IMG/VR virus record: IMGVR_UViG_3300049846_001081
Origin: a virus
Taxonomy: Duplodnaviria; Caudoviricetes
Reading direction: 5' to 3' (one strand)
Length of the DNA: 64,000 nt
Position 1 is the first letter of the stretch; each line of letters begins with the position of its first letter. The position numbers and the translations under genes are program-made. The notes beneath the pieces were generated by a model. It ran no database searches. It was not told the origin of the DNA and saw only the letters and a list, made by a program, of their open reading frames with translations. This document shows positions 8,061 through 13,770 of the stretch, in pieces.

Positions 8061-8093
8061 AGTTACTCACCTCCAAAGTGTCCTAGTAGTATG
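8055..8093 (+). repeat. 39-bp element copy 6 (ends in ATG of ORF 8091)
   Basis: aattaaagttactcacctccaaagtgtcctagtagtatg. Confidence 0.95.
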
Positions 8094-8312
8094 AACGACA
8101 CTATCATGGATCAAGTCTACCACTATCACACCAACTGGAAAGAAGGTAAAGTGAATCAAATGTGGATTCAGCAAGTAGAAGACAAGTTCATTGCTATTGC
8201 ATACAATCCCGAAAAGAATGTGTCAATGCCAATGTCCAAACCCCGCACTTCCTACGATGAAACTCTACAATGGGTTCGCAAGTGGTGTGGAACTTTCTGT
8301 CCTCTTTACTGA
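8091..8312 (+). CDS. Hypothetical protein
   Basis: 73-aa ORF from the repeat ATG. Confidence 0.7.
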   Translation: MNDTIMDQVYHYHTNWKEGKVNQMWIQQVEDKFIAIAYNPEKNVSMPMSKPRTSYDETLQWVRKWCGTFCPLY

Positions 8313-8319
8313 TTGATTG

Positions 8320-8484
8320 ATGATGAAAAACTACAAAATTACGGTTGAAACATTTGATGGATTGCGTACTATTTGGTATGAAAAATCCAAAGCAAAAAAA
8401 GCAACCGATATTATCTGCAATCGTGTTTATCAACAACTTTGTGGATTGAATGTGAAGCGAATCTCTGTTGATCTTTCCGTATGA
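8320..8484 (+). CDS. 54-aa hypothetical protein
   Basis: Hand-translated MMKNYKITVETFDGLRTIWYEKSKAKKATDIICNRVYQQLCGLNVKRISVDLSV. Confidence 0.6.
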   Translation: MMKNYKITVETFDGLRTIWYEKSKAKKATDIICNRVYQQLCGLNVKRISVDLSV

Positions 8485-8618
8485 TTACACTTGCTGTTGG
8501 TGGAGTTATTCTCACCATATTCTGCACCATGTTTTATCTTGAGGACCGCGATGGTGGTGGTCTTTATGATCCCGATCCGTCTGCATCTTACCGTCACAAA
8601 CAATCAAAAAACAAATGA
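8481..8618 (+). CDS. 45-aa protein with N-terminal hydrophobic segment
   Basis: MITLAVGGVILTIFCTMFYLEDRDGGG..; ATGA coupling at both ends. Confidence 0.55.
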   Translation: MITLAVGGVILTIFCTMFYLEDRDGGGLYDPDPSASYRHKQSKNK

Positions 8619-8755
8619 AATACGAAGTCAAACTGTACGTTGGTGGCAAAGTCTTCACTGAAGAAGTATATGCTAACGATCAAAAATCTGCAAGAGAAAC
8701 AGCAGAAGCACGAAATCCTACCGCAAAAGTTATTGGTGTCAATGCAAAGTTCTAG
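8615..8755 (+). CDS. 46-aa hypothetical protein
   Basis: MKYEVKLYVGGKVFTEEVYANDQKSARETAEARNPTAKVIGVNAKF; stop 1 nt before repeat copy 7. Confidence 0.65.
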   Translation: MKYEVKLYVGGKVFTEEVYANDQKSARETAEARNPTAKVIGVNAKF

Positions 8756-8756
8756 G

Positions 8757-8795
8757 AATTAAAATTACTCACCTTGAAAGTGTTCTAGTAGTATG
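8757..8795 (+). repeat. 39-bp element copy 7 (ends in ATG of ORF 8793)
   Basis: aattaaaattactcaccttgaaagtgttctagtagtatg. Confidence 0.95.
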
Positions 8796-8963
8796 AGCAA
8801 GACTTTCACCGTTCGCTTCACCTCTGAAGCACTCAATTCTCCCGAATACATTGGACCTTTTTACTCTGAAGATGATGCCAATGATTATGCTGATGATCGC
8901 AACAGTTCTTTAGCATTATCTGGTATTCCTTCCTCTGTTGCTTGTTATTCTGTTGTTGACTGA
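8793..8963 (+). CDS. 56-aa hypothetical protein
   Basis: MSKTFTVRFTSEALNSPEYIGPFYSEDDANDYADDRNSSLALSGIPSSVACYSVVD. Confidence 0.65.
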   Translation: MSKTFTVRFTSEALNSPEYIGPFYSEDDANDYADDRNSSLALSGIPSSVACYSVVD

Positions 8964-8965
8964 TT

Positions 8966-9136
8966 ATGATACAAACTACTCTCACTTTTGAGGAGATTGA
9001 TGCACTTCTCAAGTTCATCGAGTTTCACACTGATTCATTTGTTGACGAAGAATCTGTAGAAGAATTGAATGGAATTGTGGGGTGTGATGTTGATGCACTC
9101 TACACCAAACTTTCTGAAATGCAGGATGAAGTCTGA
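8966..9136 (+). CDS. 56-aa acidic protein
   Basis: MIQTTLTFEEIDALLKFIEFHTDSFVDEESVEELNGIVGCDVDALYTKLSEMQDEV. Confidence 0.65.
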   Translation: MIQTTLTFEEIDALLKFIEFHTDSFVDEESVEELNGIVGCDVDALYTKLSEMQDEV

Positions 9137-9348
9137 TGCAATTCCAAGTTACTGAAATTGAGTTTGATTTCACTGATGATCTTGATGATGAAGCACTAGA
9201 TGTTGAAACTCAAGATGAGATTTATGATGAGGTTCTAGGTACAATCTGGGAAGCAGATGATGAAGATGATCTCATTGAAGAAATCACATGTGCAACAGGT
9301 TGGTGCATCAAATCCATTGATTATCGTCACATTCTTAACACTTTCTGA
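9136..9348 (+). CDS. 70-aa very acidic protein
   Basis: MQFQVTEIEFDFTDDLDDEALDVETQDEIYDEVLG..; TGATG-coupled. Confidence 0.75.
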   Translation: MQFQVTEIEFDFTDDLDDEALDVETQDEIYDEVLGTIWEADDEDDLIEEITCATGWCIKSIDYRHILNTF

Positions 9349-9359
9349 AACGAACTAAA

Positions 9360-9572
9360 ATGACACTTACTTCTGACCAACTTCGCAAACTGATTCAACT
9401 TTATGCTGAGCGAGTTGTTGATAGTATGGATGTGCGCGATTTGTGTGCATTTGCCATTGACACAATTTGTGATAACATGACGGACTATAATGAGTCTGAA
9501 TTGATGGAAGAATTGTCGCACTATTATGAGGACGACGAACTCAACGAATTGGTTGAATCTGTCAAGAATTAA
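9360..9572 (+). CDS. 70-aa acidic protein
   Basis: C-terminus DYNESELMEELSHYYEDDELNELVESVKN; stop inside repeat copy 8. Confidence 0.7.
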   Translation: MTLTSDQLRKLIQLYAERVVDSMDVRDLCAFAIDTICDNMTDYNESELMEELSHYYEDDELNELVESVKN

Positions 9573-9605
9573 AGTTACTCACCTCCAAAGTGTCCTAGTA
9601 GTATG
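9567..9605 (+). repeat. 39-bp element copy 8 (ends in ATG of ORF 9603)
   Basis: aattaaagttactcacctccaaagtgtcctagtagtatg. Confidence 0.95.
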
Positions 9606-9770
9606 AGCATCACACTTGACCTTGAAATGGCATCTGAACTGATCGGATTTATGAATGACTTTCCTGTCGCAGATTTGAATGATTGTGTAGACTTCATCTG
9701 TGACAAGTTTGATGTATCTGCAACCGATGAGTTGATTGATGCTGTTGCTGACTTTTTCTTTGCTAACTGA
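9603..9770 (+). CDS. 55-aa acidic protein
   Basis: MSITLDLEMASELIGFMNDFPVADLNDCVDFICDKFDVSATDELIDAVADFFFAN. Confidence 0.65.
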   Translation: MSITLDLEMASELIGFMNDFPVADLNDCVDFICDKFDVSATDELIDAVADFFFAN

Positions 9771-9776
9771 TAACAA

Positions 9777-9956
9777 ATGACACACTACAATCCTTATGTT
9801 CAAAACCTGATTGAGATGGGTTATGATGAGAAAGACTGCCAAACTGTAGCAGTTGCTGGTATGAAAAAGCAATTTCCACTTAACATTCACGGTCGCATCT
9901 TTGAGACTGAAAGTGAATACAAGGAAGCACTTGCTGACTTTATCAATGGTCTGTAG
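9777..9956 (+). CDS. 59-aa hypothetical protein
   Basis: MTHYNPYVQNLIEMGYDEKDCQTVAVAG..; TAG abuts repeat copy 9. Confidence 0.65.
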   Translation: MTHYNPYVQNLIEMGYDEKDCQTVAVAGMKKQFPLNIHGRIFETESEYKEALADFINGL

Positions 9957-9995
9957 AATTAAAGTTACTCACCTTGAAAGTGTTCTAGTAGTATG
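9957..9995 (+). repeat. 39-bp element copy 9 (ends in ATG of ORF 9993)
   Basis: aattaaagttactcaccttgaaagtgttctagtagtatg. Confidence 0.95.
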
Positions 9996-10229
9996 AATCA
10001 AACCACTTACACCTCTCCTGATACAAACAAGACTTATACGGTTATTGAATCACAATCTGAGCGTGGTGCATGGGATAAGGATGGAAACTATGCACCAGTT
10101 GTTGTGACTCAGTACAGCATTTATGATGATAACAAGATGGTGCAATTTGCTTTTGATGTAGAAGGAATTGCACGTTCTGTAAAGCATTATGAATTGCCTG
10201 GTCCTGATTTAGGTTCACGCTTTGACTAA
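9993..10229 (+). CDS. Hypothetical protein
   Basis: 78-aa ORF from the repeat ATG. Confidence 0.7.
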   Translation: MNQTTYTSPDTNKTYTVIESQSERGAWDKDGNYAPVVVTQYSIYDDNKMVQFAFDVEGIARSVKHYELPGPDLGSRFD

Positions 10230-10364
10230 AAGTTTAACATTCAAGAGTCCAAGTAAAGTGAAAACCATCGCATTGATTTTTATTGTTGCGATGATATTCT
10301 CACCACAAGTGAGATACACAACCGCACAAACATTACACACCGTTGCTGATCTAATTTCCCCACA

Positions 10365-10613
10365 ATGAGAAGCGTAAAAGTTCATTCAAGCAAGAGTGTT
10401 AATTTCACATCAAAGGCATCATTTTGGTGTGAGATGATTAATCTTTATAGGCGAATCTATCCGTCACATTCTTTTGCTCAAATCGCAAAACATTTCAATC
10501 TGTCAGAGACAAATACTCGTCGGTATTATTACGGGATTCATCACTACAACTCTTTTCCCGTTTATTATACACAGATGAGGCAGGGTGCATGTGTCTCAAT
10601 TCCACACAATTAA
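10365..10613 (+). CDS. Small helix-turn-helix DNA-binding protein
   Basis: SFAQIAKHFNLSETNTRRYY fits an HTH pattern; stop inside repeat copy 10. Confidence 0.55.
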   Translation: MRSVKVHSSKSVNFTSKASFWCEMINLYRRIYPSHSFAQIAKHFNLSETNTRRYYYGIHHYNSFPVYYTQMRQGACVSIPHN

Positions 10614-10646
10614 AGTTACTCACCTCCAAAGTGTTCTAGTAGTATA
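10608..10646 (+). repeat. 39-bp element copy 10
   Basis: aattaaagttactcacctccaaagtgttctagtagtata. Confidence 0.95.
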
Positions 10647-10667
10647 AGACCTCTGAAATCTCCAACC

Positions 10668-10979
10668 ATGCGAGTCATTGAAAAGCAAATGAATCAAGCA
10701 ATCAGCACTGAAACTGATTGGAAGAAAGATAATACTCAAGTTATCAACATTGAAGGTGTAAGTTTCGTCTATCTGTATAACAATCTGATTGCAATGGTAG
10801 GTGACACTTGGTTAGAATTGTTTGATGGTGGATGGAAGACTAATACCACCAAGTCTCGCCTCAATGCTATTCTCCAAGAGCATGGAAATGGAGAGTACAT
10901 TTTCCAGAAAAACTTCAACTGGTTTGTATCAACAATCAACGGTGATGTTCCTTTCAACAATGGCATCAAACTCGACTGA
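10668..10979 (+). CDS. Phage hypothetical protein
   Basis: 103 aa with DGGWKTNTTKSRLNAIL motif. Confidence 0.75.
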   Translation: MRVIEKQMNQAISTETDWKKDNTQVINIEGVSFVYLYNNLIAMVGDTWLELFDGGWKTNTTKSRLNAILQEHGNGEYIFQKNFNWFVSTINGDVPFNNGIKLD

Positions 10980-10992
10980 CTGATTGAATAAA

Positions 10993-11169
10993 ATGACTGA
11001 ACTTGAACTTCAATGTGTCCATCTTGCCTATCAACTTGCAGAGGAAATCAATGGTGATGTGAGTTGCGTACCTGATGAAGATATGGAGGTTATTCTTAAC
11101 AAACTGAATCGTAATAACGTTCAAGAAGTTGCACAAGAAATCGCTGATCTTGCACACTGGTTTAACTAA
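10993..11169 (+). CDS. Small acidic hypothetical protein
   Basis: MTELELQCVHLAYQLAEEINGDV.. Confidence 0.6.
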   Translation: MTELELQCVHLAYQLAEEINGDVSCVPDEDMEVILNKLNRNNVQEVAQEIADLAHWFN

Positions 11170-11339
11170 TGACTGATACCGACAAAGTATTTGCTCTAAC
11201 TGAACTTCTGGGTGATGTAATTCACACTCTTGAAATGAAACAGTATGACATTGAAGATGCTACTCTGTCTTATGAATGTGTGACTGATGCTGATAAGTTT
11301 CGCCAAAAGATGATCGACATTCTTTATCCAAACAAATGA
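11169..11339 (+). CDS. 56-aa hypothetical protein
   Basis: MTDTDKVFALTELLGDVIHTLEMKQYDIEDATLSYECVTDADKFRQKMIDILYPNK; TAATG-coupled. Confidence 0.6.
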   Translation: MTDTDKVFALTELLGDVIHTLEMKQYDIEDATLSYECVTDADKFRQKMIDILYPNK

Positions 11340-11500
11340 CAAAATCAATCAATCAAGAACTCAAAACCCAAGCAGTTGTAGAAGCACTAGAGTTCTACAT
11401 TCAGAATCTCAAAGACACCAACTGTACGCAATCTTCAATCGACTTTTATACTCAAGTATTGAAAGAAGTTGATTCTGAACTCCAACATTCTGTACTCTAA
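11336..11500 (+). CDS. 54-aa hypothetical protein
   Basis: MTKSINQELKTQAVVEALEFYIQNLK..; ATGA-coupled. Confidence 0.6.
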   Translation: MTKSINQELKTQAVVEALEFYIQNLKDTNCTQSSIDFYTQVLKEVDSELQHSVL

Positions 11501-11504
11501 ACTA

Positions 11505-11678
11505 ATGCAAAAGACATTCAAAAAGTTCATCTGGAAAGACTCAAGATCCAATCAAGTTAAAGTCATTCTAGCAAGGTCAGAATACCAAGCAAGGAAACAA
11601 AACTTTGGTAATCTTGCTGGTTATCTTTACTCTCACTCTGTTGCGCTTGCGCTTAACCCTTCGGGCACTCTAAACTGA
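11505..11678 (+). CDS. Hypothetical protein
   Basis: MQKTFKKFIWKDSRSNQVKVILARSEYQAR.. Confidence 0.55.
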   Translation: MQKTFKKFIWKDSRSNQVKVILARSEYQARKQNFGNLAGYLYSHSVALALNPSGTLN

Positions 11679-11812
11679 TGTTTCTCATTCGTTATTTCAC
11701 TCCTTATCAACAACAATGGAGGACACAATCATTCTCTACACTTGATGAGGCACAACGCATGATTGAGTTCTATCGTTCTTGTGGAAGTCCTGCTGAACTT
11801 ATCAACAACTGA
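11678..11812 (+). CDS. 44-aa hypothetical protein
   Basis: MFLIRYFTPYQQQWRTQSFSTLDEAQRMIEFYRSCGSPAELINN; TGATG-coupled. Confidence 0.6.
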   Translation: MFLIRYFTPYQQQWRTQSFSTLDEAQRMIEFYRSCGSPAELINN

Positions 11813-11819
11813 AACTCTC

Positions 11820-11951
11820 ATGATTGAAACACTGATCGCATCAATTATCGTAGGACAAGTTATCTCTGGTCCAAACACTTTACAGACTGAATACCTAACT
11901 GAAAGGGATGAAGTTATCACTATAGTGGAGACGATTCAAGAGGTTCCGTAA
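11820..11951 (+). CDS. 43-aa hypothetical protein
   Basis: MIETLIASIIVGQVISGPNTLQTEYL.. Confidence 0.55.
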   Translation: MIETLIASIIVGQVISGPNTLQTEYLTERDEVITIVETIQEVP

Positions 11952-11959
11952 TAACATAG

Positions 11960-11984
11960 AGGCACCACATCAGGTGCCTTTTTT
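11960..11984 (+). terminator. Rho-independent terminator
   Basis: GGCACC-acatca-GGTGCC followed by T6. Confidence 0.75.
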
Positions 11985-12314
11985 AATGCCTATTTGTACG
12001 ATTTATGCTAAAAAAACAATAAAAAACGATTAAAAATGTATTAAAAAATATATGTATGTTGTTTTAATCGTCTGATCATTATTGTTATCAATGTGTGATA
12101 ATGATATGAATTCGTATCATTTATGTGCTTGTAATCTCTCTGTGTGCCTATAAACCTCTCCAGATATGTGTGCTGATACCTTATAAATGTGCTGAGGTCT
12201 TGTGATCTAAGCGAGCATAACATAACGACCGCACTTTGTCAACTTCCAGGGTCACAAAATCCCCACAATCCCCCCATCAAAATCCACACCCCGCTCATAA
12301 ATACGCCCAGGGAC

Positions 12315-12343
12315 TTGACACTTATTCCCAGGCATCTTACAAT
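12315..12343 (+). promoter_or_regulatory. Sigma70-like promoter
   Basis: TTGACA, 17-bp spacer, TACAAT; GGAG RBS before ORF 12372. Confidence 0.75.
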
Positions 12344-12371
12344 ACTCTCATAACACCAAAGGAGCGTACTT

Positions 12372-12545
12372 ATGTCAGTTGCTTATAGTCAAGCGCAGAA
12401 GCAGCGTTATAGGATCACTCTGGATCTATCAGTGTTCGGTGACTTTGACCCACATCAGATTGATTGGGAGAAGTTATTCAAGTTGGAACCTGCAGAAAAG
12501 TGTGATGCTTACGTTGAGGATCTAAGTACACCTGACCGTTGGTGA
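12372..12545 (+). CDS. 57-aa hypothetical protein
   Basis: MSVAYSQAQKQRYRITLDLSVFGDFDPHQIDWEKLFKLEPAEKCDAYVEDLSTPDRW. Confidence 0.7.
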   Translation: MSVAYSQAQKQRYRITLDLSVFGDFDPHQIDWEKLFKLEPAEKCDAYVEDLSTPDRW

Positions 12546-12554
12546 TTTAGCAGT

Positions 12555-12593
12555 CATTAAAGTTGCTCACCTTTAAAGTGTCCTAGTAGTATG
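12555..12593 (+). repeat. 39-bp element copy 11 (most diverged; ends in ATG of ORF 12591)
   Basis: cattaaagttgctcacctttaaagtgtcctagtagtatg. Confidence 0.9.
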
Positions 12594-12887
12594 AGGGGCA
12601 GACAAACGACCCCCCACACAGACACTAACTCTTCACAAATGACTGTTACTTATCAGACCAACATTCAGGACCAAACCTATAACGGTTGGACGAATTATGA
12701 GACCTGGAATGTTGCACTGTGGATCAGCAATGATGAGGGTCTTTATGACATTGCACGTCGTTGTGATGATTATCAAGACTTCGTAGATGCAGTGGAAGGA
12801 CTTATCACTAAGACGCCTGACGGAGTATCATTCACCAGCGATATGTTGAACTTCCACGAACTCAACGACATGATTGAAGATCTCTGA
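12591..12887 (+). CDS. Phage hypothetical protein
   Basis: YNGWTNYETWNVALWI motif; true start could be an internal Met (MTVTY..). Confidence 0.75.
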   Translation: MRGRQTTPHTDTNSSQMTVTYQTNIQDQTYNGWTNYETWNVALWISNDEGLYDIARRCDDYQDFVDAVEGLITKTPDGVSFTSDMLNFHELNDMIEDL

Positions 12888-12970
12888 TCTAGATTATACT
12901 CAAAGGGAATAAGATGCGCCCTATAAAGACACTTACTGTTCACACACTAACTAACACACTTTTCCTGATT

Positions 12971-13111
12971 ATGTCTAAGTCCGTGATGCTTTCTCTGCTT
13001 GCTCAAGGTAACACTGGCAATGAGATTCTGTCCATTCTGGATACACTCACTGCTGATCAATCCTCTGAGCAGAGTTATAATGAACCGACCGCAGATGTGA
13101 TTGATTTCTGA
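12971..13111 (+). CDS. 46-aa hypothetical protein
   Basis: MSKSVMLSLLAQGNTGNEILSILDTL.. Confidence 0.6.
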   Translation: MSKSVMLSLLAQGNTGNEILSILDTLTADQSSEQSYNEPTADVIDF

Positions 13112-13156
13112 TACTAACTGTGTGCCCCTTGGTCGTTAGACAGAGCGTGAGCGATG

Positions 13157-13185
13157 TTGACACTGAGGGGCACTTATGTTATGCT
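13157..13185 (+). promoter_or_regulatory. Sigma70-like promoter overlapping one arm of a GTGCCCCT/AGGGGCAC stem
   Basis: TTGACA, 17-bp spacer, TATGCT; inverted repeat arms at 13122-13129 and 13166-13173. Confidence 0.55.
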
Positions 13186-13334
13186 TGGTGATGACAGTGG
13201 TTCGGCAGTTATTTGCGGTCGGTTGTTTATATCGTCGGCGGGCGTCGCGTATATAAAAATCCCAAACTACCCTAACCTACAGAGGTGACAAAACGCGAGC
13301 TCTATATCAATCTCATAAAAATTTTTCCGGAAGT

Positions 13335-13493
13335 ATGATCAGTCGTAAAAACCCCCACAGAACTCCTTACTGGAATTTTTGGAGAGTAATTTTCGCAGGA
13401 TGGATAATCAGATATCCAAAGACAATGGGTAGAATTGTATTCGTCCCCCTGGGATTTTTGATAGTAATGATATATAATGCGTTAAGTAAGTAG
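13335..13493 (+). CDS. 52-aa membrane peptide
   Basis: MISRKNPHRTPYWNFWRVIFAGWIIRYPKTMGRIVFVPLGFLIVMIYNALSK. Confidence 0.6.
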   Translation: MISRKNPHRTPYWNFWRVIFAGWIIRYPKTMGRIVFVPLGFLIVMIYNALSK

Positions 13494-13529
13494 TTTGCCC
13501 CCATAAAAATTTTTGGGAAATTTTTTTAT

Positions 13530-13721
13530 ATGGAAAAGATTTATCACATTTATGCAAAAGATAAATGTTTATTTCACTCTCTCAAGGAAGAAGAATTTAG
13601 AGTAACATGGAATACTTTGAAGAGACTCGTTGGGGTGATGAAGAGTGATTATGCTGAGGAAGATTTAAGTTTTGTAGAACTACAAGTAAATAAAGAATTA
13701 TCACGCAATTCTTCTTATTGA
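13530..13721 (+). CDS. Hypothetical protein
   Basis: 63-aa ORF. Confidence 0.7.
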   Translation: MEKIYHIYAKDKCLFHSLKEEEFRVTWNTLKRLVGVMKSDYAEEDLSFVELQVNKELSRNSSY

Positions 13722-13747
13722 CAAAAGCATATATAGACTGATAAAAT
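13718..13747 (+). promoter_or_regulatory. Sigma70-like promoter
   Basis: TTGACA, 18-bp spacer, TAAAAT. Confidence 0.5.
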
Positions 13748-13770
13748 TGATCTGAAGGTTAATTTAACTT

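Larger units (their letters stand above)
977..12593 (+). repeat. Array of 11 direct copies of a 39-bp element separating gene modules
   Basis: Copies read directly at 977, 2138, 4017, 5815, 6742, 8055, 8757, 9567, 9957, 10608 and 12555. Consensus AATTAAAGTTACTCACCTYBAAAGTGTYCTAGTAGTATG, all in the same orientation. Start-to-start spacings are 1161, 1879, 1798, 927, 1313, 702, 810, 390, 651 and 1947 bp, and the intervals are coding. Confidence 0.97.

Noticed and set aside
10258-10368. Possible 36-aa hydrophobic ORF starting at GTG
   Set aside because: Very short, with a non-ATG start and no clear RBS; plausible but not supportable.
977-12593. CRISPR array interpretation of the 39-bp repeats
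   Set aside because: Intervals are 0.35-1.9 kb, irregular and full of intact genes; no cas genes are present.
977-12593. Classical integron attC or Xer dif sites
   Set aside because: No RYYYAAC/GTTRRRY inverted core pair, no dif-like 11-6-11 dyad, and no integrase in the window. Only the cassette-like architecture is analogous.
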